Origin: Candidatus Latescibacterota bacterium
GTDB taxonomy: Bacteria; Latescibacterota; UBA2968; UBA8231
Direction of reading: 5' to 3'
Assembly (NCBI GenBank): GCA_965248355.1
Contig: OZ252098.1
Span: forward strand, 4,736,001 to 4,800,000
DNA length: 64,000 bases
Shown: piece after piece, positions 1-10,923 of the stretch
Layout: each line of letters begins with the position of its first letter
Position numbering within the stretch: position 1 is the stretch's first letter
Notes under the pieces: generated by a model
Databases searched by the model: none
What the model saw: only the letters and a program-made list of their open reading frames with translations
What the model was told of the DNA's origin: nothing
Position numbers and translations under genes: made by a program

Positions 1-1471
<1,471 letters not shown>

Positions 1472-1490
1472 GGGCCGGGACCGGGGGGAG

Positions 1491-2630
1491 TCACCCCTGC
1501 CGGTAGACGCGCCCGTCCTTCACCACCACCACGGGCTCGAGGTTCCGCGAGCCCGTGCGCGCCAGGCCGCGCGCGTCCTCCAGGTGGAAGCGCCCCTCCT
1601 GCAGCTCCGTCACCACGGCGTCGCCCACGGCGCCGGGAGCCAGCGTGCCGAGATCGTTGCGCCGCAGCACCGAGGCCGCCGGCACGCTGGTCACCATGGC
1701 GATGACGTCGTCGAGGGACAGGCCCAGGTGCAGGAACTTGGTCATCACGTTGGCCAGGTCGTACACGGGCCCGTGGAGGTTGTAGACGTGCAGGTCGGAG
1801 GAGATGGTGTGGGGCCGCACGCCCTGCTCCATGGCCGCCTCCACCACCGGCCAGGAGAAGGAGCCGGAGCCGTGGCCCACATCGAGGAGGACGCCGCGCT
1901 CGATCGCCTCGCGCACCGAGGGCCGCACGCGGCCGCCGTCGTCGAGGATGCCGCAGGTCGAGTTGTGGAAGCAGTGCGTGAGGATGTCGTCCTTCTTCAT
2001 CACTTCCAGGATGTCGTCGAGGGTTTCGCACCAGGCGGCCTGGGGGTGGATCATGATCGGCAGGCCCACGGCGTCGGCCGCCTCGCGGGCCCGGTGCAGG
2101 GGCTCCAGGCCGGCCGCCTCGCCGACGATGGTGTTCCTCGTGAGCCGCGCCTTGACGCCGATGAGCAGGTCGCGGTTGGCCTCGATCATGCGGCGGCAGG
2201 CCTCGACGTCGGCCAGGTCAAGGAGGGAGAGCTCGCCCACCTTCCCGGTGATCATGCCCTGGGAGGAGATGTTCAGCTCCGCCAGGATGCGGGTCTGCGC
2301 CACCTCGATGACGTACTTGCGGAAGCCGGGGAAGATGTCGGCCCCCGCCGAGCCGGCGTCGACCACGGTGGTGGCGCCGCGGGCCAGGCAGGTCGGGTCG
2401 GGCTCGATGCCGTAGTGGGTGACGTTGGGGAAGACGTGGACGTGCACGTCGATCCACCCCGGCGTCACGTAGCGGCCGGCGGCGTCGATGACCACGCGCG
2501 CCTCGCCGGCGGGCAGGTCCGGCCCCACCTCGGCCACCACGCCGCCGGCGAAGGCCACGTCCCTGCGGTCGTGGATCCCCTGGGCGGGGTCGACGAGGGT
2601 GCCGTTCTCGATGAGCAGGTCGTACTTCAT
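1491..2630 (-). CDS. Amidohydrolase/deacetylase family metallohydrolase (dihydroorotase-like)
   Basis: MKYDLLIENGTLVDP start with GAGAGG RBS; IDVHVH metal motif, VVDAGSAG, LTHCF, DVGHGSGSF, ISSDLH. Confidence 0.85.
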   Translation of the reverse strand: MKYDLLIENGTLVDPAQGIHDRRDVAFAGGVVAEVGPDLPAGEARVVIDAAGRYVTPGWIDVHVHVFPNVTHYGIEPDPTCLARGATTVVDAGSAGADIFPGFRKYVIEVAQTRILAELNISSQGMITGKVGELSLLDLADVEACRRMIEANRDLLIGVKARLTRNTIVGEAAGLEPLHRAREAADAVGLPIMIHPQAAWCETLDDILEVMKKDDILTHCFHNSTCGILDDGGRVRPSVREAIERGVLLDVGHGSGSFSWPVVEAAMEQGVRPHTISSDLHVYNLHGPVYDLANVMTKFLHLGLSLDDVIAMVTSVPAASVLRRNDLGTLAPGAVGDAVVTELQEGRFHLEDARGLARTGSRNLEPVVVVKDGRVYRQG

Positions 2631-2711
2631 GTCGGGAGATCCTCTCGCGGGTGGCGTGGGTGGACGTAGAATTAGCGGCCCCGCCATGATCCGTCAAAGG
2701 AGGAGGTCTCC

Positions 2712-4586
2712 GTGAGCCTCGCCATCCACGCGACCCGCCGCTGCGAGCCGCCGGCCTGGGCGCGGCTGCAGCGCCGGCTCCTCGCCACCATGTCCGAGGC
2801 CGCCCGGGAGGCCTCGGCCCGCTACAGCTTCCCCGACGGCACCGCCACTTTCGTCGAAGACGTGGATGACGCGTACGAGGCCCGCGCCGGCCGCGGCGCC
2901 CTCTACGCCCTCGGCGGGGACGACGACCTGCGCCGCATCGCCCGCCGCGAGTGGGAGGCCACCACCCGCCTCTTCGATGACTCCGGCCCCGGTTGCGACC
3001 ACCCGAAGTACGTCGCCCAGCTCACGGACGAGTACTACAACCTCGCCACCCCCTTCGAGTGGTTCCACCAGGGCGAGGGCAACCAGTCCTTCTACGAGCT
3101 GGCTCTGGCCGAGCCGGACTCGGCCGCCCTTCGCGAGAGGGCCGCCCGCTTCGCCGACCTCACCATCGACGAGCGCAACTACGACGCCGCTCACCGCGTC
3201 TTCCGCTCGCCCTTCCCGTCGAGCGCCGGCCCCCTGACGAGGGCCCGGGACCGCGGCGAGGCCGCCGGCGTCCACTTCGCCCGGGCCCACCTCACCTCCC
3301 GCTACCGCAGCGACCCGGGCAGCCCCGCCCTGCGCGCCTCCCTCCACCCCTTCGTGCGGGACCTGGAGGAGGACTGGCCCGCCGACCCGGAGCGCCGCCG
3401 CGAGATCCTCGACCTCTTCGACCGCGTCGTCCTGGGCGGCGACGTGCCCACGAACCTGACCGCCGCCGGCCTGGTCACCCACGCCTTCCTGTCTACCGGG
3501 GAGGACCGCTACCGCCGGTGGGTCCTCGACTACGCCCAGGCCTGGATCGAGCGCATCGACGCCAACGGCGGCCTGGTGCCCGACAACGTCGGCCCCACGG
3601 GGCGCGTCGGCGAGCAGCGCCGCGGCCAGTGGTGGGGCGGCCTCTACGGCTGGTCGAGCCGGTGGGCCGGAGACATGAACTTCGGAGGCCTCACCGTGGC
3701 CGCCGAGTGCGCCCTGCTGCTGTCCGGAGACGCCGGCTACCTGGAGCTGCTGCGCCGGCCCCTGCTGGCCCTCCTCGAGCGGGCCCGCACCACGGCCGAG
3801 GGCCGGCTGGAGATTCCCAAGCGCATGGGGCCGGAAGGCTGGACCGAGTGGGCGCCGCCGAGGCTGCTGCAGTTCGCGCACCTGTATCACGCCTCCATGA
3901 GCGCCGCCGACCGCGCCCTGATCGTGCGTCTGCGCGAGGGCGACCCCGGCGGCGACTGGAACCACGTGGAGAGCCTCTCCGACCGCCGCAGCCAGCAGGC
4001 CGAGCACGCCCGCTTCCAGTACTACGACGGCCCCAACCCCGACTGGCCCGAAGCGATCCTGGGCGCCGACCTGGCCTGGTGCGAGAGCCACCTCGAGAGG
4101 ATCCAAGCCGAGGACCGCGATCCCGAGACCCTCCTGCGGGAGAACGGGTGGCCGCCGAACCCGGTCGTCACCAAGGGGCTGACCCAGGTGACCACCGGGG
4201 CCCCGCAGACCGTCTACAACGGCGGCCTTCTGCGCGCCACGGTGCGTCACTTCGACCTGGATGGCCGCCGGCCGGGACTGCCGCCGGAGGTGGCCTGTCT
4301 CGTGGAGGGACTGTCCGCGGAGTCGGTGGACCTGCGGCTGGTGAACACGGGGCGGGACCGGCGCCGGGTGCTGGTGCAGGCCGGCGCCTTCGGCGAGCAC
4401 GAGTTCACCGCCGTGGAGGCCGAGGGGGAGAGCCGGCAGGTCGGGGGCCGCCACTTGGCGGTTGAGCTGGCGCCGGAGGCCGGAATCCTGCTGCGCGCCG
4501 GCCTGCGCCGCTTCGTGCGCACGCCTTCCTACGGGGCCGCCCTCGATCTGCTGAAGGCGGGACCCGCGACTCCACGATCCGGTTGA
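2712..4586 (+). CDS. Hypothetical 624-aa protein, possibly an (alpha/alpha) toroid enzyme
   Basis: GGAGGAGG RBS before GTG, high-GC3 codon usage, W/H/E-rich motifs (EWFHQGEG, VPDNVG..G, WWGGLYGW); no signal peptide. Confidence 0.8.
   Translation: MSLAIHATRRCEPPAWARLQRRLLATMSEAAREASARYSFPDGTATFVEDVDDAYEARAGRGALYALGGDDDLRRIARREWEATTRLFDDSGPGCDHPKYVAQLTDEYYNLATPFEWFHQGEGNQSFYELALAEPDSAALRERAARFADLTIDERNYDAAHRVFRSPFPSSAGPLTRARDRGEAAGVHFARAHLTSRYRSDPGSPALRASLHPFVRDLEEDWPADPERRREILDLFDRVVLGGDVPTNLTAAGLVTHAFLSTGEDRYRRWVLDYAQAWIERIDANGGLVPDNVGPTGRVGEQRRGQWWGGLYGWSSRWAGDMNFGGLTVAAECALLLSGDAGYLELLRRPLLALLERARTTAEGRLEIPKRMGPEGWTEWAPPRLLQFAHLYHASMSAADRALIVRLREGDPGGDWNHVESLSDRRSQQAEHARFQYYDGPNPDWPEAILGADLAWCESHLERIQAEDRDPETLLRENGWPPNPVVTKGLTQVTTGAPQTVYNGGLLRATVRHFDLDGRRPGLPPEVACLVEGLSAESVDLRLVNTGRDRRRVLVQAGAFGEHEFTAVEAEGESRQVGGRHLAVELAPEAGILLRAGLRRFVRTPSYGAALDLLKAGPATPRSG
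4533..4567 (+). repeat. Diverged direct repeat 1a (3' end of the 624-aa gene), partner at 15121-15157
   Basis: ggggccgccctcgatctgctgaaggcgggaccc vs ggcgccgccctcgaccggctgaaggcggacccc, 28/33 identical by hand count. Confidence 0.55.
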
Positions 4587-4618
4587 TCCCCGCGAACCCG
4601 GCGGCTACCCTAAGCGGC

Positions 4619-4983
4619 ATGGACTGGCTCCCTACATCCTCATTGGCACCGGCGTGGTGGTGTCCTTCGCCGGAGTGATGCGCTGGATGCTGCGAGACGT
4701 GCGCGCCGACTTGGGCGGAGGCATGGACCGGCCGGAGATCCACATCGACCGCGCGGAAGCCCGTATGGGCCGGCGGGAGACCCGCGTGGACCGGTTGGAG
4801 ACCCGCCTCGACGGGCGCATGGACCGGCTGGAAACCCGTATCGATGACCTGGCCGCCGACCTCCGCACGGTTTCAGAACGGCTGGCTCGTGTCGAAGGCG
4901 CCGTCTGCGGCCCCTGGCCCGGCCGGACACCGCCGCCGCGGCCCCTTCGCAGCCAGCCTTCCCGACGAACAATTCCCGCTTGA
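4619..4983 (+). pseudogene. Small membrane-anchored coiled-coil protein, probably frameshifted/decaying
   Basis: ATG 4619 is one base out of frame with PYILIGTGVVVSFAGVMRW (TM-like); heptads MDRPEIH/IDRAEAR/MGRRETR/VDRLETR/MDRLETR. Confidence 0.5.
4723..4839 (+). repeat. 21-bp tandem repeat (about 5 units) encoding xDRLETR heptads
   Basis: atggaccggccggagatccac, atcgaccgcgcggaagcccgt, atgggccggcgggagacccgc, gtggaccggttggagacccgc, (12-bp spacer) atggaccggctggaaacccgt. Confidence 0.8.
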
Positions 4984-5050
4984 CCCTTGCCAGGCGCGGT
5001 CGATGACCGTGCTGGACCCCCACTAACAGTAGTTCTGGGATGAGCCATCC

Positions 5051-6865
5051 TTGGTGAGACCTGTGCGCCTCTTCCTGATCCTCGCCCTGTGCTCGGCACT
5101 GGCGGCCCCCGAGGCGTGGGCCCAGGCCGCGCAGCCGCCGAAGCACGAGTTCCGGGGGGCGTGGATCGCCACCGTCTTCAACCTGGACTGGCCGAGGGCG
5201 GCGACGCCCGCCGAGCAGCAGGCCGAGCTGCTCCTGATGCTGGACCGCCTCAAGGAGGCCGGCATCAACGCCGTCTTCATCCAGGTCCGCTCGGCCTGCG
5301 ACGCCCTGTACGACTCGCCGCTGGAGCCGTGGTCCTACTGGCTCACGGGGCGGCAGGGCGCCGCGCCCGATCCGTGGTACGACCCGCTGGCCTTCGCCGT
5401 GCGGGAGGCCCACCGGCGGGGCATGGAGCTCCACGCGTGGTTCAACCCCTACCGGGCCCAGGCGAGCTCCGCGTACGAGGCGTCCGCGGACCACGTGACG
5501 CGGACCCACCCGGAGTGGCTCCTGGAGTTCGGCGATCTGCGCGTGCTGGATCCGGGCCGGGCCGCCGTGCGGAACTACGTCACCCGCGTCATCATGGATG
5601 TTGCGCGCCGCTACGACATCGACGGGGTGCACTTCGACGACTACTTCTATCCCTATCCTCCGAACCAGATCAGCACGGAGGACGCGGCCACCTTCGCGGA
5701 AGAGAGCCGGGGATTCGCCAGTCTCCCCGAGTGGCGCCGCGACAATGTCAACATCTTCATCGCCCAAGTCGCCGACAGCCTTCGCGCGCGGAAGCCGGCC
5801 CTGAAGTTCGGCGTCAGCCCCTTCGGTATCTGGAAGAACGGCGTGCCGGAGGGCATTCAGGGCCTGGACTCGTACGATGTCATCTTCGCGGACCCCACGG
5901 CCTGGCTTGCGGCGGGGACCGTGGACTACCTCGTGCCGCAGCTCTACTGGCCCTTCGGCGGCCCCCAGGACTACGACAAGCTGGCCTCCTGGTGGGCGGA
6001 GCAGGTCCGCGGCCGGCATCTCTACACGGGGCACGCTCTCTACCGGGCGGACAGCGAGACCCATCCCGGGACGCTCTTCTCCCCGGAGGAGATTCCCGGC
6101 CAGGTCCGGTTCAACCGCGACTCCCCGGACATTCAGGGGAGCGTGTTCTTTCGAGCCAGGAACATCACGCACCATTCCTCCCAGGGTTTCGCCGAGGTGC
6201 TGAAGACGGACCTGTACCGGCATCCCGCCCTTGCGCCGCCCATGGCCTGGAAAGCGTCGGAGCCTCCCGCCGCTCCCGGCGGACTGAAGTTGGCGTCGAT
6301 CGGGGACCGGGAGGTGGAACTGTCGTGGCATCCCGTCCAGGGGGCCCGCCGCTATGCGGTCTACCGCGTCCGGTCGCGCACGAGGCCCGAGCCTGGCCCG
6401 GCGGCCCTCGACGCGCGCAACCTGCTTGCCGTCACCGGGGAGACCGCGCTGGCGGACAGCCCCGAGGGGTCGGAGACGTCCCACTATTTCGTGCAGGCCG
6501 TCGGCGACAATTCGAGCGAGAGCGGACCGAGCGCCCTGGTCAGCTCCAGCGGCGCGGCGACGGATGTCACGATGGACGCGGCCGCCCCGCGGATGCGCCT
6601 CGCCGTCTATCCGAACCCGTTCAACACCACCACCCGGATCGCCCTCACCGTGGAGGAGACCGCTCCCGTGTCGCTGCGCATCTACAACCAGTTGGGGCAG
6701 AGGGTACGGACCCTGGTCGAGGGGGCGCGGCTCAGCCCCGGCGCGCACGCCTTCGAGTGGGATGCCGCGGATGACGCCGGCCGGCACCTCGCCAGCGGCG
6801 CCTACTACCTCGTGGTCGAAGTCGGGGACCGCCGCCTGGTCAGGCCCCTGGCGCTGGTGCGGTAG
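5051..6865 (+). CDS. Secreted glycoside hydrolase-like 10 (YddW/DUF187 type) with FN3-like and FlgD/T9SS-like C-terminal domain
   Basis: Signal peptide; EFRGAWIATVFNLDWP, HAWFNPYR, YDIDGVHFDDYFYPYP, PQLYW; C-term YPNPFN...LASGAYY...LALVR. Confidence 0.9.
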   Translation: MVRPVRLFLILALCSALAAPEAWAQAAQPPKHEFRGAWIATVFNLDWPRAATPAEQQAELLLMLDRLKEAGINAVFIQVRSACDALYDSPLEPWSYWLTGRQGAAPDPWYDPLAFAVREAHRRGMELHAWFNPYRAQASSAYEASADHVTRTHPEWLLEFGDLRVLDPGRAAVRNYVTRVIMDVARRYDIDGVHFDDYFYPYPPNQISTEDAATFAEESRGFASLPEWRRDNVNIFIAQVADSLRARKPALKFGVSPFGIWKNGVPEGIQGLDSYDVIFADPTAWLAAGTVDYLVPQLYWPFGGPQDYDKLASWWAEQVRGRHLYTGHALYRADSETHPGTLFSPEEIPGQVRFNRDSPDIQGSVFFRARNITHHSSQGFAEVLKTDLYRHPALAPPMAWKASEPPAAPGGLKLASIGDREVELSWHPVQGARRYAVYRVRSRTRPEPGPAALDARNLLAVTGETALADSPEGSETSHYFVQAVGDNSSESGPSALVSSSGAATDVTMDAAAPRMRLAVYPNPFNTTTRIALTVEETAPVSLRIYNQLGQRVRTLVEGARLSPGAHAFEWDAADDAGRHLASGAYYLVVEVGDRRLVRPLALVR

Positions 6866-6873
6866 GCCTGGCG

Positions 6874-6934
6874 CTACTCCACCGGCACGACCTGCGGGTT
6901 CACGCCGAGCCGCGCGTCCTGCAGGTCCATGCGG
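6874..6934 (-). repeat. Diverged copy of the last 19 codons + stop of the beta-helix gene (partner 9365-9425)
   Basis: 51/61 nt identical; RMDLQDARLGVNPQVVPVE* vs RMDLQNARIGVTLQAVPAE*. Confidence 0.9.
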
Positions 6935-6955
6935 CTGCGGCGGAACTTGCGGGCG

Positions 6956-9207
6956 TCAATCCTCAAGGCCTTCCCCTCCCGCCGTTCGCAACTGTTCGAG
7001 CCCCTGGATGGCCGAGGCATTGCCGGGGTTCTGGCGGAGGACCTCCTCGAAGGCAGCTTGCGCGGCGCGCCGACGGCCCAACCTGAGACAGAGGTGGGCG
7101 TATTCCAGTCTCGATTGCCAGTGCCGACATTCAGGGTAAACGCCTTCTCGAGGTGATCCGCAGCACGTGCTGCCTCCCCAAGGTCCCGGGCCAGCAGTCC
7201 TGCCGAGAAATACAGACTGACCAAGGGAGCGGTCCGCAATCTGGAAGCGACGTGGTTGATGAAGAGTTCGGCGGTCTTCAGGGCCAGTTCCGGCATTCCC
7301 AGGGCCAATAGCCGATTCAGCACTGCTTCCATGCAGGAGGGATGAGGATCCCCTCTCAGGGAGCTGGTCCAACCGTGTGCTTCCCCGAGCAGGAACTGCC
7401 CGACCAGGATATCGGGTTGGCGCCGGGTGAAGATGTCAAGGCGGGCCCTTGCCTCCTCGGTGCGTCCTGCCCGAAGGGCCTCCGCTCCCTCGACCAGTAG
7501 GCGTTCGTCCCCGCCGTTCTGGCGGCCTTCCCATTCGACCAGGGCCGCCTCGACCGCTTCCCTGTCGTTGCGGCGATAGATCGTCACGGTCGGATGATCG
7601 AACGCCGTCATCGTCGGTTCGTCGTACTGACGGGGGAGTCGAACCGGACCGACCCCGGGGCTGGTCCGGAAGCGGGAGGCAGGAGAGAATCCGAGATCCC
7701 TCGATTTCAGGCGAGCGTACAAGCCGTACCCGACCGGATAGGATCCGGCTGCGGCGAGGAACTGGCGCTGCCGGTTCTCCTCGACGAGAGCGATCCAGCC
7801 AACGTCCTCGAGCAGCCTTCTGGCGTATTGAATCTGGCCGAGCTGGGTGTCGCAGTCCTGGGTACGAATGAAATAGGCGGCCCTGACAGGTCGTTTCCTG
7901 CGCGGAGGAGAAACCATCCAGTCGGTGGGGAAGCCACCGACCTCGGTCAGCACACTCTCTCCGGCGGGGACGTTGGCCTCGATCCACCTCGCCGCCTCGA
8001 TTCGTGCGTCGGTCCTGTCGTAGATGTTCCAGGTGGTGAGCCCGATGGCAACCGTGGCCGATATCACAAGGGCTGGCAGGCCGTAGGCGACGGGACGGAA
8101 CGGCACCCGGCGCAAACAGAGGGTGCAGGCCCAGGCTGCCAGGACGACGAGGGGAGGCAACAGCGGCAGGACGTAGCGGACCGGCTTCAGGTGGTGTCCT
8201 CCTACCGCAACGAAGTAGACGACGATCCAGGAAAGCAGCACCAAAGCCGCCCGGTCTCGAAGGAGTACCGCGAGAAGACATCCGGCGACCGAGGCGGCGA
8301 AGAGTGGCAAACCCAGCGAGTAGGGGAGCAGATCGGTGAGGTGGAACAGGAACGGCGTCGTTCCCATGTCATACAACGACCACGGGAAGACCACCTCTCC
8401 GAGGGAGACCTTCAGGCTCTGCCTCCATGTGAGCAGCACGTCGTCGCCGAAGAACCGCCCCGGTTCCAGAACGGAGAAAGGCTCGCAGGCGATGGCCACG
8501 AGGAAGAGGGCTGCGAAGAAGAGGCAGGTGCGGACCGACACGAGGGCCCGAAGGACGCGGCCGGGGCCCCGGTACCAATCGGCGGGCAGGTGCTGAACGA
8601 GGAAGGGGGCCACGAGGAGCACGCCGACGAGGCGGGTGCCGACGGCTGCCCCCACCAGGGCGCCGCACGCCGCGTACGTCCCTGCGCCGGCTTGCGGCAT
8701 GCGCTGAATCAGGTACAGGCATAGCACCGAGAACGCGGCAAGCAACGGATCGACCGTGTAGTAGTGCGCCTGCTGGACGTGCCCGAAGCAGAACGCCAGC
8801 AGCACTGCGGATAGCGCAGCCGTAAGCCCTCCCCCGAGCGTGCGGGCCATCAGAAAGAGGACCCAGATGCTGGCGACCGACATCACCGCCGTGATCGCCC
8901 GGGCCAGGATGTGGGCGTCCCGGAGTCCGCTGTTGTCGTCCGGGGCGAGGGAGACACCGGTCAGGCTGGAAACACCCCACAGGAGGTAGGCGGGGAAGAA
9001 CCCGTACGGCATCTGAACCTGCCGCAGGTCGGTGCCGACCCAGCGGCTGTTCCGGACTATCGTGCTCTCATCCGGATGGAATGCTTGGAACCGGCCGGTC
9101 TCTGGATCCGTACCCCAGTCGATGCCGTTCAGACGAAGAATCGATCCGCAAAGAAGGGCGGCGAACAAGACCCCGACGGCGCGGGAGTTCATGGACGGGG
9201 GAAGCAT
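6956..9207 (-). CDS. ArnT/PMT-type (GT39/GT83-like) membrane glycosyltransferase with C-terminal TPR region; apparent 1-bp frameshift near 7128
   Basis: FHPDE motif, multiple TM helices, AHYYTVD, RYVLPLLP. The second frame 6956..7372 carries the TPR-like HWQSRLEYAHLCLRLGRRRAAQAAFEEVLRQNPGNASAIQGL; as read, the ORF runs on to 6874. Confidence 0.8.
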
Positions 9208-9248
9208 TCTCGTTGTCCGAGTCGATCTCGCAAGGCAGCCTCAGTGGC

Positions 9249-9344
9249 GCCGATGCCGTCTGCATCGCCGGGGGGGCCAGGTGCCGCCCGCGACCGAGGT
9301 CGAAAGTGGGACCGGGCCCACCGCCGCGCCAGTCCGCCGACCTT
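9249..9344. repeat. Intergenic repeat copy A (contains GATGCCGTCTGCATC at 9252-9266); partner 12922-13009
   Basis: gccgatgccgtctgcatc...ggtgccgcccgcg...cgaa.gtgg.accggg.cc...gcgccagtccgcc..cctt shared with copy C. Confidence 0.9.
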
Positions 9345-9364
9345 CGCACAGTGTCGGATCGCCC

Positions 9365-10702
9365 TTACTCCGCAGGCACCGCCTGCAGGGTAACGCCGAT
9401 CCGCGCGTTCTGCAGGTCCATGCGGGCGCCGTGGGGGTTGCGCACCCGGATCGAGCCGGTCACGTCGAAGAGCCCCTTGGCCGGCTCCTTCTGGAGCGCC
9501 GACAGAAAGGGGCGGTCGCGGCCGTCGACGATCTCGCAGTCGACGAAGTCGATGCCGCCGTGGGTCGGCGTGATCAGCTCGGGACGCTTGTTGTAGATCA
9601 GCAGCGGCGCCGGGGTGTCGACGCTGTCGACGCGGGCGAAGGCGTTGCCCAGCGCCGTGCCCACGTCGATCCAGCGTGTCCGGGTGAAGCGCACGCGGGC
9701 GCGCTCCGGATGCTTGTCGTAGACGAGGGCGCCGACGCCGGCCACGTCCTCGACGACGCAGTCGCGGAACTCGATCAACCCCCCGGGGCCCTCCGCCTTC
9801 AAGGCGCCGAAGACGAGGCCGGAGCCCAAGCGGCTCGTGACCCGGCAGCGGTCGAAGAGGATCGACACCTCCTCCGCGTCGGGCTCGTTGAAGCGCAGGT
9901 AGACCTGGATGCCGGCGCCGTAGTTGTCCCGGAAGAGGCAGTTGCGGAAGACGATCTGCTGCGCCTTCTGGCCTGGATGGTCGGGCTCGATGTCGACGCC
10001 CGCCGACGGCGGCGTCCCCCACGTGTTCGAGAACTCGCTGTCTTCCACCGTGAGGCCGACGACGCTGATGACGCTGATCCCCTGCCGGTAGTGGTTGTCG
10101 CAGACCACGTCGCGGATGGTGATGTCGCGGCTGTACTCGCGGCCGCCGCCGCCGTCGACGTAGATCCCGTCGCCGCCGCTGTCCCGGATCGTCAGGCCGT
10201 CGATGAGGGCCTTGTGGACCCCGCGCAGGGACAGGGTCATGCGCCACTCCGCCTTGGGGTAGACCTCCCGCTTGGTGTAGTCCATGTAGTCCTGCTTGTG
10301 CATCCGGATCGTGGCGCCGTACCCGCGGACCGTCACGTCATCGACGCCGCTGGCCTGGAAGAGGCAGTCGCCTTTGCCGCGGAACGCCCCGCGCCGGGCG
10401 CTGACCACGACTCCGCGCTCCAGGAACAGCTCCTGGTGCCCCGCCAGCCGGATCGGCCCGACGATCCAGTCGGAGCCCATGTTCGGCACGACCACCCTCC
10501 GGGAGCCGGAGTCGATGGCGGCCTGCAGCGCCGCGGTGGCGTCCTCGGCGTCGAACCCCCACCAGGCGGCGTTCGCCGTCGAGCGCCGGCCCTCGGCGAC
10601 CTCGCGCACCGCCTCCGGGCTGGGCGTGTTGCCGGGAATCGTCAGGTCCGCCGCGGCCGGCGAGGCCAGCAGCGGCGAGCAGCCGAGGGGGATCTTGGAC
10701 AT
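9365..10702 (-). CDS. Right-handed parallel beta-helix (pectin lyase-like fold) protein
   Basis: DATAALQAAIDSG N-cap, IRDSGGDGIYV, DNHYRQGISVISV, GVDIEPD; AGGAG RBS. Confidence 0.85.
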   Translation of the reverse strand: MSKIPLGCSPLLASPAAADLTIPGNTPSPEAVREVAEGRRSTANAAWWGFDAEDATAALQAAIDSGSRRVVVPNMGSDWIVGPIRLAGHQELFLERGVVVSARRGAFRGKGDCLFQASGVDDVTVRGYGATIRMHKQDYMDYTKREVYPKAEWRMTLSLRGVHKALIDGLTIRDSGGDGIYVDGGGGREYSRDITIRDVVCDNHYRQGISVISVVGLTVEDSEFSNTWGTPPSAGVDIEPDHPGQKAQQIVFRNCLFRDNYGAGIQVYLRFNEPDAEEVSILFDRCRVTSRLGSGLVFGALKAEGPGGLIEFRDCVVEDVAGVGALVYDKHPERARVRFTRTRWIDVGTALGNAFARVDSVDTPAPLLIYNKRPELITPTHGGIDFVDCEIVDGRDRPFLSALQKEPAKGLFDVTGSIRVRNPHGARMDLQNARIGVTLQAVPAE

Positions 10703-10728
10703 GGTCGGGTCTCCTGGAGGCTGTCCGG

Positions 10729-10756
10729 CGAAGGGGCGGGGGATGCCGTCTGCATC
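10729..10756. repeat. Intergenic repeat copy B (cgaaggggcgg..GATGCCGTCTGCATC); partner 12912-12939
   Basis: cgaaggggcgggggatgccgtctgcatc vs cgaaggggcggccgatgccgtctgcatc (26/28). Confidence 0.9.
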
Positions 10757-10923
10757 GGGCGGCCGGACTCGGCCCGTGAGGGGGGTTACTCGTCTTGCTC
10801 TACCCGCTGGCGGTATCTGTGCACCAGATGCTGAAGCCAGGCTTCCCGGGGGTAGTCGTCAGCAAGGGACAATGTTGCCTGAATCATCACCGGGCTGTGA
10901 CCCAGACTCTCGGTCACAGTAGA

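Noticed and set aside
4723..4839. CRISPR-like repeat
   Set aside because: Contiguous 21-bp coding heptad repeats without unique spacers; no cas genes.
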